In this document: piece after piece, positions 14,075 through 24,390 of the stretch
Numbering within the stretch: the stretch's first letter is position 1
How the letters are laid out: each line of letters begins with the position of its first letter
Made by a program: the position numbers and the translations under genes
From: Tubiluchus corallicola
Lineage: Eukaryota > Animalia > Priapulida
Length of the DNA: 62,095 nucleotides
Direction: 5' to 3'
Assembly: GCA_030141605.1 (NCBI GenBank)
Contig: JAQGDQ010001112.1
Location: forward strand, 1-62,095
The notes under the pieces: generated by a model
Databases searched by the model: none
Told to the model about the DNA's origin: nothing
Seen by the model: only the letters and a program-made list of their open reading frames with translations

Positions 14075-15235
14075 TTCTCACATTAAATTTTACGTAATTT
14101 TTTTGTTCTCACATTAAATTTTACGTAATTTTTGTTCTCACATTAAGTTTTACGTAATTTTTTTGTTCTAAATTTTACGTAATTTTTTTGTTCTAACTTT
14201 TACGTAATTTTTTTGTTCTCACATTAAATTTTACGTAATTTTTTTGTTCTAAATTTTACGTAATTTTTTTGTTCTCACATTAAATTTTACGTATTTTTTG
14301 TTCTCACATTAAATTTTACGTAATTTTTTTGTTCTCACATTAAATTTTACGTAATTTTTTTGTTCTCACATTAAATTTTACGTAATTTTTTTGTTCTCAC
14401 ATTAAATTTTACGTAATTTTTTTGTTCTCACATTAAATTTTACGTAATTTTTTTGTTCTCACATTAAATTTTACGTAATTTTTTTGTTCTCACATTAAAT
14501 TTAACGTAATTTTTTTGTTCTCACATTAAATTTTACGTAATTTTTTTGTTCTCACATTAAATTTTACGTAATTTTTTTGTTCTCACATTAAATTTTACGT
14601 AATTTTTTTGTTCTCACATTAAATTTTACGTAATTTTTTTGTTCTCACATTAAATTTTACGTATTTTTTGTTCTCACATTAAATTTTACGTAATTTTTTT
14701 GTTCTCACATTAAATTTAACGTATTTTTTTTGTTCTCACATTAAATTTTACGTAATTTTTTTGTTCTCACATTAAATTTTACGTAATTTTTTTGTTCTCA
14801 CACTAAATTTTACGTAATTTTTTTGTTCTCACATTAAATTTTACGTCATTTTTTTGTCCTCACATTAAATTTTACGTCATTTTTTTGTTCTCACATTAAA
14901 TTTTACGTAATTTTTTTTAGTTCTCACATTAAATTTTACGTAATTTTTTTTCTTCTTACATTAAATTTTACGTAATTTTTTTGTTCTCACATTAAATTTT
15001 ACGTAATTCTTTTGTTCTCACATTAAATTTTACATAATTTTTTTGTTCTCACATTTAATTTAACGTATTTTTTTGTTCTCACATTAAATTTAACGCAATT
15101 TTTTTGTTATCACATTAAATTGTACGTAATTTTTTTGTTCTCACATTAAATTTTACGTAATTTTTTTGTTCACACATTAAATTTTACGTAATTTTTTTGT
15201 TCTCACATTAAATTTTACGTCAGTTTTTTTGTTCT
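14075..15235. repeat. 31-bp minisatellite, ~37 units
   Basis: TTCTCACATTAAATTTTACGTAATTTTTTTG repeated; mirror ~46963-48123. Confidence 0.97.
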
Positions 15236-15396
15236 GTTCTTACAAACTGTAGCGTGTCAATTTGCACACAACACAGAAATCGATTTTAGCAACCTATTTT
15301 AATTAAAGTTGTCATTAGCGCCCGATTCTAGTTAAGCAAACTTGAAAGTTGATTCTTCATTAATGTCTAATAATTTTGTCACTCTCTATGTTTCAG

Positions 15397-15512
15397 GCGG
15401 GGCAATTTCAAACATGTACGCCTGCATGGCTGCTAGATTTAAATTTTTCCCCGAAGCAAAGACAAAAGGAATGCACTGTATTCCTCCGCTGGTCGCTTTT
15501 ACGTCAGAACAT
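15397..15512 (+). CDS. GAD: GAD exon [39 protein letters not shown]
   Basis: ttcag|GCGGG...GAACAT|gtgagt; 116 nt; mirror 46686-46801. Confidence 0.93.
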
Positions 15513-16301
15513 GTGAGTAATTCTCTCAAAAGTAGTTCGGTTTATATTAATTTGTTCCAGTGGAAGTTCATAGCTAAAATTACTGGGGGTGCTGCTTTAG
15601 AAAATGTTTAGCCATTGTTTTAATGATGGGTAAAACGTAACAAACATATTATGTAATTTTAATGTTGTAATTGTAATTTTAAACAATTTAAACGTACGAA
15701 AATTTATACATAAACTTGATAAAATCCCAAACAAAAAATATCATTTGCTTACGAATAACCTAAATTGTCGCAATTCAATAATAAGCCGGTACACAACTTT
15801 TAAACACGTCACAACTGTCAACACGCACTGCGTGAGCGACAGTACTTTTTCTACCTAAAGTGTAGCGTCTTATCTCAGACATATGTGCGCATGGCCGCAT
15901 GCGCACAACAGCCAAACACCACGTTGTTTGAGCTGTGGGCTAAGAAGCAAACAGTATTACCCTGTGTTTTCAGGGGTGGTCTCACAAATGAACCCGTACG
16001 ACCTACAAGACCCGCTTGAAAATTATTGCTGCCACCCACGCACTAGCACAAAGATCCCCTCTGTCATATGATATAGGTAAAAACTGGGAACCCGAAAGCG
16101 AAAGAAACCAATTTTTTGAGCCTTGGGCTCCCAAGCTATCTTTGTACTAATTAGTTATTTCATTTGCTTCTACCTGTGATACAGTTGTCTCATACTTGAT
16201 ATGTTGCTATTTCGTTTTCACGGCTTTCGTATTCGTAACATAAATCACAGCTGCTTGTTCATGCAATAATTGTTTAGCATTGTTTTTCTGTTATATTTTA
16301 G

Positions 16302-16381
16302 AGTCACTACTCAACACTGGGAGCTGCAGCAACAATGGGTATTGGTACAGAAAATGTTGTATTGGTAGCCATTGATGAAAG
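16302..16381 (+). CDS. GAD: GAD exon [27 protein letters not shown]
   Basis: tttag|AGTCAC...GAAAG|gtatga; 80 nt; mirror 45817-45896. Confidence 0.93.
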
Positions 16382-16429
16382 GTATGATAAATACTGTAGC
16401 ATCTTTGTCATGTTATCTATGTCTCAGTG

Positions 16430-16430
<1 letters not shown>

Positions 16431-16481
<51 letters not shown>

Positions 16482-17044
16482 GGCATCCTTCTGTCTCGAA
16501 AGACAATGGAGTGTGCGCACGTCAGTTAGTTATCACACTGGAGACGTCAGTTATTGATCACATTGATGGAGCTGCAGCGTCGACTGTGGCTGAGCAGTGC
16601 GATCCTTGAACGTCTCTAGGGCGCATGCCTGGGCAAGGTGTATGGAGATCCTGAGTTGCCCAGACAACAGGAACCCCCTCTCTTCCTCCCTGGTGTAGTC
16701 CAAAGGAAAGCGGAGCGATACGTTTGGTACCAGGTTGGCTGCAGGAGCTGCCAGAGTCAGTGAACATGCTGCACTGGTCCGCCTTCGGGGCTCCACTCCT
16801 GATTTGGAAGGTTTACTCATCTACACATGGCCGTTGGGTCCCTTGACCTCCTCCGCCCTCTAGCCGTTGGCTGCTTGTACAGCTCCTCCGCCTAGTGTCG
16901 AGATACAGTGTGGGCATCTCCCGCAAGCCTACAGCTCCTGGTATTCCTAGGCAGCCTCCCATCCAAGTACTAACCAGACTCTTCGTTGCTTAACTTCGGT
17001 GATCAGACGAGAACCGGTGTTTTCAACGTGATATGGCCGTAGAC
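16431..17044 (-). mobile_element. 5S rRNA-derived SINE (SINE3 type) with RTE-like body and (CAA)n tail, copy 1
   Basis: Minus strand begins GTCTACGGCCATATCACGTTGAAAACACCGGTTCTCGTCTGATCACCGAAGTTAAGCAACG...GGTTAGTACTTGGATGGG...CTGTAGGCTT (120-nt 5S, 16925-17044). It has no T-run terminator and continues into a ~440-nt body ending GAGACAGAAGGATGC(CAA)n. Confidence 0.9.
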
Positions 17045-17610
17045 GTGTGTAAATTTTATTGTTCATTACTCTTTTCAAAATCTCATTCCACATATTGTAA
17101 GCATTCAGGTATCAACATTTATTAGAGCATTCCACACATTCCTATGAACAGATTGTTCAACAGATATTTGTTGAACATTTTAATTTAACATTTGTTGGAG
17201 TGTTCAGCGCTTTGGCACAGCTTTTACTATTATGATCTTAAACTCATAAAAGTCGCCTATAATAAAGGACAACGCTTACTTTTTAAGCAAATCTTTCGAC
17301 TGCTCTGCCAGAAGCACGTGACTTGAACTCGAGGTGACGTATTTTGACGTTGTTTTATGGAAAGATATTTACAGTCGAAAGATGCGGCTCGTTGAAATTC
17401 ACAAGAGTTTGATAATGAAGTTTTTAACTGAAATTGTATCCTTTTATCAAAATTTATTATAACTTTTACATCTTTGAACATGCATTTTACACATTTTTTA
17501 AATCTGAACATCATTTTGTAGTAATAATATTTGTAGTATTTAATATTTGATAACACGTAATATTTACTACGGGTGGCGTAGTAGTTTTTATTGTACATAT
17601 GTAGCAGTTT

Positions 17611-17943
17611 AAGATAAAGGTAAGGTAAGGTAAGATAAGGTGAGGTGAGGTAAGGTAAGGTAAGGTAAGGTAAGGTAAGGTAAGGTGAGGTGAAGTAAAA
17701 TGGGGTAAGGTGAGGTAAGGTAAGGTGAGATAAGGTGACGCAAGGTAAGGTGAAGTAAGGTGAGGTGAGGTGAGGTGAGGTGAGGTGAGATGAGATGAGA
17801 TGAGATGAGATGAGATGAGATAAGATAGGATAGGATAGGATAGGATAGGATAGGATAGGACAGGACAGGACAGGACAGGACAGGACAGGACAGGACAGGA
17901 CAGGACAGGACAGGACAGGACAGGACAAGATAAGATAAGATAA
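17611..17943. repeat. Compound pentanucleotide microsatellite
   Basis: TAAGG, TGAGG, TGAGA, TAGGA, CAGGA and TAAGA blocks; mirror 44255-44587. Confidence 0.95.
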
Positions 17944-18221
17944 GCAACAATTTTACGTTGATTTTAAAAACACGTAACTACAAGTTGCTTTTGTCACAGA
18001 CAAATAAATAAAACTATTCAGTTTCGCTTAAAAACTAAAACTTTCAGTCGTATATAAGTGTGTTGATGGATTTTACCCGAAATAAAGTTCATCACATCTC
18101 ATCTCATTATAACCTACGATTGGCCAAGGCCTACTATTTACGAGTTCTTCTATGATTCTACGTGTAATGTAACTTAGGTGTTTTGATGCTTCAATCTAAA
18201 TACGTCAAAAATTCTTTGCAG

Positions 18222-18393
18222 GGGTAGAATGCGCATGGATGACTTAGAATATCAAATCAAGGAATCAAAACGGCGTGGTAAGACGCCCTTCTTCGTTTGC
18301 GCAACAGCTGGCACCACCGTCTACGGCGCTTTTGACCCTATTAATGAAATGGCAGACATTTGTAAAAAGTACAATCTTTGGTTTCACGTTGAC
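18222..18393 (+). CDS. GAD: GAD exon GRMRMDDL...[30 protein letters not shown]
   Basis: tgcag|GGGTAG...GTTGAC|gtaagt; 172 nt; mirror 43805-43976. Confidence 0.94.
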
Positions 18394-19020
18394 GTAAGTA
18401 AAGCAACCTTTAAACAGTACAATATCTGTTTTCACTTTAATGTAAACAAAAGTCACGTTGACCTAAGTAAAACAATCAAACACTGTGCAAAAAATGCAAT
18501 CTTTGGTTTCACGTTGAAGTATGCAAAGCAACTTGCAAAAAGTACAATCTGTGGTTTCACGTTGACATAAGTAAAGCAATCTTTAAACAGTACAATATCT
18601 GTTTTCACTTTGATGTAAACAAAAGTCATGTTGACCTAAGTAAAAAAACGAAACACTGTGCAAAAAATACAATCTTTGATTTCACGTTGAAGTATGCAAA
18701 GCGACTTGCAAAAAGTACAATCTTTGGTTTCACGTTGACGTAAGTAAAGCAATCTTTAAACAGTACAATATCTGTTTTTACTTTGATGTAAACAAAAGTC
18801 ACGTTGACCTAAGTAAAAGAATGAAACATTGTGCAAAAAATACAATCTTTGGTTTCACGTTGAAGTATGCAAAGCAGCTTGCAAATGTACAATCTTTGGT
18901 TCTATATTGACGTAAGCAAAAAGCACACTTCTTGGTTTTACGATGATGCAAGCAAAACAATCTACAAAAAGTACAATCACTCGTTCCACGTTGACGAAAG
19001 TAAAAAGTGCAATCTTTAGT
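18362..19020. repeat. 173-bp tandem repeat overlapping a GAD exon 3' end and splice donor
   Basis: AGTACAATCT.TGGTTTCACGTTGAC.TAAGTAAAGCAA at 18368, 18541 and 18714, decaying afterwards. Confidence 0.9.
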
Positions 19021-19144
19021 TTCGCGAAACATTTTGTGAATCTAAAAGTAAATAGTTGTGAGCAAAGTTACGTTTAATATCCATTATTATTACCATTTCA
19101 TATCCATTATTGTTACCTTTCGTTAACAGAAAATTTTTTTGCAG

Positions 19145-19209
19145 GCAGCATGGGGCGGCGGTTTACTCCTCTCTAAAGTTTATAAACATAAATTGGCTGG
19201 CATTGAAAG
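19145..19209 (+). CDS. GAD: GAD exon [22 protein letters not shown]
   Basis: tgcag|GCAGCA...GAAAG|gtaatg; 65 nt; mirror 42989-43053. Confidence 0.93.
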
Positions 19210-19470
19210 GTAATGAAATTACTTAACGAAGATGTAACTATAGCTGTAGTTTTTGTAACGAAAACCTGCCGTCTTCTGCTAATCTTTTAGAGAAGAACCT
19301 CAGTTAGTTAGTTAGTTAGTCTGAAGCGATATTGTGTGTTGGCTAATGGAGATTTTTAAGCAGGCAAGGTTAGAAACTTTACTGGGATAGTCCAGTTTTG
19401 TAGTTATTTTGCTATAATTGATAGACAATAGACAGTTGATATAATGAATCAGAGCAAGAGTTTCTCTTAA

Positions 19471-19907
19471 CCCTTTCATACCCGTTGTATCCCGTGGGAT
19501 ACGAGAATATTTTCTGCCTTTAAATTTAATAAAATTTTAAAACTGACATTTATTTGATCTGTTAATAGTTATTTTGATTTAAGCCAATAACAATAGACTA
19601 AAAATGGTGATAAAATGGCAAACTAGAAAATCTACATAGCATAAAAAACTGTGCAAGGTACAGTACTTTAGAGACACTTTGTACAGATCAGCATAGCGTG
19701 CATAACTAAATGTCTTAAATACTTTAAAAAATTATCAGCATTTGCAAAATGAAGCACATTTTATGCTTTTGTTGTGTTTTTAAAAAAGTCGGACTTTGTT
19801 TTTTTGCATATGAGAAAGAATGCTGTGTATCCCACGGGATAAATTGGGAAGAAATGTACCAAGCCAAAAAATTTTTTCTTATTAAAAAAAAATTGGGACT
19901 GAAACGG
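19471..19907. mobile_element. piggyBac-like non-autonomous element
   Basis: TTAA|CCCTTTCA...TGAAACGG|TTAA, with subterminal inverted motifs GTATCCCGTGGGATAC / GTATCCCACGGGATA. Mirror 42291-42727. Confidence 0.8.
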
Positions 19908-20080
19908 TTAAAGCATGAGCGTCAGTGATAGTGCAGTCTATATTTTAGATGTTGAATTTCGTAAAGTGTGTTAAGACGCATTCACTCTTTACCTAAAAAT
20001 AGTCATAGTAAAAATAGTTCGTTATTGGTTGTGTGTAGCTGATTATTGGTGTTTTAGGGATGGCAAAACTATGAAGAGTC

Positions 20081-20338
20081 TGATTATAAAACTACACGTT
20101 TATTAAACATCAAACACAATAAATATAACAGATAGTAATGCCAAGCCCCCTGATCTAGCTTGCTCTCCTTATGCTCCCAGACTCAATCCCCTGAGCTGGA
20201 CGCATCACAAGGCTTATATATCTTGCGCCGAGCTTCGACGCCTCGATTCTGAATCACTTACTCACGTGACACCACGCCTTAACTGGGCTTCATACCAGCA
20301 TTCATTAACATAATTAACACTTTTATCATAGTTTAACA
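20081..20338 (-). mobile_element. Possible solo LTR
   Basis: Minus strand TGT...TCA, ~260 bp, with TATATAA then AATAAA near the 3' end; the 4-bp flanks match only imperfectly (GACC/GACT). Confidence 0.3.
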
Positions 20339-20353
20339 GGTCCTCTTTACTCA

Positions 20354-20760
20354 GTGCAGTCTATAATTTAGCTGTTGAATTTCGTAAAGTGTGTTAAGGC
20401 GCATTCTCTCCTTACCTAAATACAGTCATTCCAGTATGAATCTATGTACAGCTGAAACAGTACCGTTTGAAAAATTGATTGCGAAGCGCTCTGTTGTTAA
20501 ACTTACTAACACTGTGAATGATGCAGATAGCTGTGTACTTAAAGCCTTATCAATATTGAAAAAATACTCAAGCTTCTCGATACTTGGTAAAAACAGATTA
20601 TTAATGTCTACTGCACCATTTAAAAGAATGTGATATTGTACAGATTTAGATAAATTAACACAGGAACTTTACTGATCTTATCATTCTAAGGAATAAGTAA
20701 CTGCTGGTTTTACAACTGATGAAATTGATCGAAGGTTACTAACCCTATTGAATGAATAAT
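20354..20760 (+). mobile_element. Probable non-LTR retrotransposon ORF2 relic
   Basis: [32 protein letters not shown] resembles the post-RT region of LINE ORF2; the first ~80 nt are repeated at ~19930-20010. Confidence 0.4.
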
Positions 20761-20871
20761 TTGTAAATATGTATTCGTAATGTGCGTTTGTAAATACATG
20801 TCTGCTCTTATTTCCTGTTGTTTGTTTTGTTACTGATTTTAATTGCATGTTGTAAGATATGCGAATAGAAG

Positions 20872-20874
<3 letters not shown>

Positions 20875-20918
<44 letters not shown>

Positions 20919-20964
20919 ACGCACACGCACACGCACACGCACACGCACACGCACACGCACACGC

Positions 20965-21000
<36 letters not shown>

Positions 21001-21100
21001 ACACACGTACACTCGCACACACACACACACACACACAGACACGCACACATACACACGCACATGCACACACAGACACACACGCGCACGCACACACGCACAT

Positions 21101-21148
<48 letters not shown>

Positions 21149-21334
21149 ACGCACACGCACACGCACACGCACACGCACACGCACACGCACACGCACACGC
21201 ACACGCACACGCACACACACACACACACACACACAGACTCACACACGTACACGCGCACACACACACACACAGACACGCACACATACACACGCACATGCAC
21301 ACACAGACACACACGCGCACGCACACACGCACAT

Positions 21335-21425
<91 letters not shown>

Positions 21426-21504
21426 CACACATACACAGCACATCACACACAGACACACATGCGCACGCACACACGCACATGCACACACACACACACGCAC
21501 ACGC

Positions 21505-21550
<46 letters not shown>

Positions 21551-21562
21551 ACACACACACAC
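20875..21562. repeat. (CA)n/(CACACG)n compound microsatellite
   Basis: Seen directly; mirror 40636-41324. Confidence 0.98.
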
Positions 21563-21650
21563 TTGGACCTATTCCTGTAAAAAAATGTAATTGTTGATAC
21601 AAAATCAAAGCATTATTTAAAACAAGACCGTTCTATGTTCTGATATTTAG

Positions 21651-21729
21651 GGCGGATTCAATAACGTGGAATGCTCACAAGTTAATGGGAGCTCTTCTTC
21701 AATGTTCAGCGTTGCTTATTAGACATGAG
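21651..21729 (+). CDS. GAD: GAD exon [26 protein letters not shown] (contains PLP lysine)
   Basis: tttag|GGCGGA...CATGAG|gtgcgt; 79 nt; mirror 40469-40547. Confidence 0.93.
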
Positions 21730-21872
21730 GTGCGTATCCATGATGTGCAAGTTTCACTTTGAAATATCAGATATTTTATTGTAAACTTAATAGAATAGTT
21801 TAAATATCAACATTCGAAAAACTTCTAAATAAGAGTCACGTTAATTTCTAAAGTTATCGGGACATTGGAGGC

Positions 21873-21970
21873 GGGAGAAATAGCCGAGTTGCCACGGTGT
21901 GTGATTACATACGAAGTTAAGCATCACCGAGCCTGTTTAGTAATTAAGGATTGGTGACTGACAGGAGAGT
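21873..21970 (+). mobile_element. Degenerate SINE head: A-box-like motif followed by a 5S internal promoter segment
   Basis: TAGCCGAGTTG (21881) is followed by CGAAGTTAAGCATCACCGAGCCTGTTTAGTAATTAAGGATTGGTGACTG (21912-21960), which aligns to 5S box A-IE-box C. Mirror 40228-40325. Confidence 0.6.
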
Positions 21971-22186
21971 GCCCAGTTAGGACTTTCTTTCTTTTTCCTG
22001 ATACATGCGTACCCAAACACGACTGAGAAATTTCTCCTGATTCAGTGTATTTTGTAAAATGGTAAAATGAACTAGATTCCTGTCTTGCTACAGCTTTATA
22101 TGGGCGATATGAACCGGAACTTGGACTGGATTCTTGTGTGCTAAACTGTATTTATAAAGAATGTTTGCCATTTCTACTATTTGCAG

Positions 22187-22336
22187 GGACTATTAATTGA
22201 ATGCAACTGCATGTGTGCTGACTATCTTTTCCAACAAGACAAACCGTATGACGTCACGTATGATACTGGTGATAAAGTGATACAATGCGGACGTCACAAC
22301 GACATTTTCAAATTGTGGTTGATGTGGCGCTCCAAG
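22187..22336 (+). CDS. GAD: GAD exon [50 protein letters not shown]
   Basis: tgcag|GGACTA...TCCAAG|gtaaaa; 150 nt; mirror 39862-40011. Confidence 0.95.
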
Positions 22337-22361
22337 GTAAAAGTGATAGTACATGTATAAA

Positions 22362-22953
22362 CAGGGGCGTGTTAAGACTTCAGAGCACCCTAGGCTGGTA
22401 GTTCTGTCCCGCCCATCTCTATTGTAAATTTATGGCTGTTTATGTAATGAGCAGGTTATACAATTATTTGTGGTGTATTAGAAACACTATTAACCTAGTT
22501 TCACGTGGTCATTATTAGTTACATGCATTTGCATAGCGCTTATATTGAAGCAGGTTACGCAAATGCTTGTCGTGTAATACCTTGCACCTGTTAGTCATGT
22601 GGCACTTGTATCAAACTGCTCCCGTTAAACAATTACTTGTGGCGTATTAGAAACACTATTAACCTAGTTTCCACGTGGTCATTATTAGTTACATGCGTTT
22701 GCATAGCGCTTATATTCAACGCAGGTTACGCAAATGTTTGTCGTGTAATACCTTGCACCTGTTCGTTATGTGGCACTTGTATAAAAGCTGCTCTCAGTAA
22801 CTGCCTGTGGTGTGTTATAAAATGCGCCCTTTACATGAATATGAAAGTATATACATTTGCGATGAGAATAAGAATTTTTTCCAAAATTTAACGCTCCTTA
22901 AATTTTGTCGGCCTAGACTATAATCTATTATCCTATTGGTTAATACACCCCTG
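22362..22953. mobile_element. hAT-like MITE containing an internal ~170-bp tandem duplication
   Basis: TIRs CAGGGGCGTGTTAA / TTAATACACCCCTG (12/14); 8-bp flanks TGTATAAA / TGTATGTA (6/8); duplicated block starts at ~22468 and ~22637. Mirror 39245-39836. Confidence 0.65.
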
Positions 22954-23073
22954 TGTATGTAACTAAATAATAATTAAACCTTATGTTTATTCGCATAGGT
23001 AAAATTTAAATGATGCTCCCTTTTAATTGCTATTTTAATAGTTTATTTACATACATGTTTTGGTATGTTTTAG

Positions 23074-23123
23074 GGTGAAATAGGTTATGAAGTACAAATA
23101 GATCGTCTAATGGAATTGACTCA
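23074..23123 (+). CDS. GAD: GAD exon [17 protein letters not shown]
   Basis: tttag|GGTGAA...ACTCA|gtaagt; 50 nt; mirror 39075-39124. Confidence 0.88.
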
Positions 23124-23423
23124 GTAAGTTTAATTACTTTCATAGATTTTTGTTTATTGAAACTGGGATTTTCTGGTGTACTGATACACTGGTAGATTTA
23201 ATCAAACTGAAAGAGCTTTTTGTAAGCAGAGCTGTCTTTACCCGTCATTATTTCGTTTAGTGTTTAAAGTGGAAGAAAACATAATTTAAAAGAATATCAC
23301 AAATTTTTTTCCATGAAAAGTTATCATTACGTTTAGGTGTTTGAAAGATTTATTTAATTGGAACAGCACTGCATCGCCATCCCAGCGTGCACCACTGATT
23401 CACCAAAATACATTAGTGATCTT

Positions 23424-23964
23424 GGTTGGCATCCTTCTGTCTCGGAAGACAATGGAGTGTGCGCCAAGAGAGTCAGTTATTGATCACATTGATGGAGCTG
23501 CAGCGTCGACTGTGGCTGAGCAATCCGATCCTTGAACCACTGGAGTCTCCAGGGCGCACGCCTGGGCAAGGTGTATGGAGATCCTGAGTTGCCCAGACAA
23601 CAGGAACCCCCTCTCTTCCTCCCTGGTGTAGTCCTAAGGAAAGCGGAGCGATACGTTTGGCATCAGGTTGGCTGCAGGAGCTGCCGGAGTCAGTGAGCAT
23701 GCTGCACTGGTCCGCCTTCGGGACTCCACTCCTGATTTGGAAGGTTTACTCCTCTACACATGACCGTTGGATCACTTGACCTCCTCCGCCCTCTAGTCGT
23801 TGGCTGCTTGTACAGCTCCTCCGCCTAGTGCCGAGATACAGCGTGGGCATCCCGCAAGCCTACAGCACCTGGTATTCCTAGGCGGTGTCCCATCCAAGTA
23901 CTAACCAGGCTCTACGTTGCTTATCTTCGGGAACGGTGTTTTCAAAGTGATTTGGCCGTAGTCT
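23424..23964 (-). mobile_element. 5S rRNA-derived SINE, copy 2, with 12-bp TSD
   Basis: Same body as copy 1; the 5S head has a short internal deletion. Flanked by the direct repeat ATTAGTGATCTT (23412-23423 and 23965-23976). Confidence 0.92.
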
Positions 23965-24304
23965 ATTAGTGATCTTATTGACAGGATAATGTAATTTATG
24001 CCATTGCTTGGTTAGTGACGAGTGTGCTAGAATGCTGCGAATATGTCTTCTAATTTTATGCAATGTTTTCTAAACTTGTTTCAAACGCCTTACCGTCAAA
24101 ATGAATATCGCCTATTGGTCATCGTAGGAATTTGTATTTACAAGTTGTATGTTACTCTTAACAACAAGTTTTCTATGCAGTAAGACACCAGTAAGACAGT
24201 TTTGTAAGACAGCATATAAAATTTCAAGAATTTTTAAAGCTTTATTTATTCAGGGTGTTGTCTTGTGCTTAAAATTAAATCATTGTTTAAATATGTATTT
24301 GCAG

Positions 24305-24359
24305 GTATCTTTGCAGAAAGATTGATGCTCACGAAGGATACGAATGGGTGCTCAGAGAT
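24305..24359 (+). CDS. GAD: GAD exon [18 protein letters not shown]
   Basis: tgcag|GTATCT...AGAGAT|gtaagt; 55 nt; phase-compatible with both neighbours; mirror 37839-37893. Confidence 0.88.
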
Positions 24360-24390
24360 GTAAGTATTTAGGTTGTTAAGTGTATGTACT

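Noticed and set aside
15558-16063. Possible CAG...CTG hAT element
   Set aside because: The TIR match is poor and there is no TSD.
16925-17044. Functional 5S rRNA gene
   Set aside because: There is no oligo-T terminator, it is fused to a body shared with a second copy that has a TSD, and it carries substitutions. It is a SINE head.
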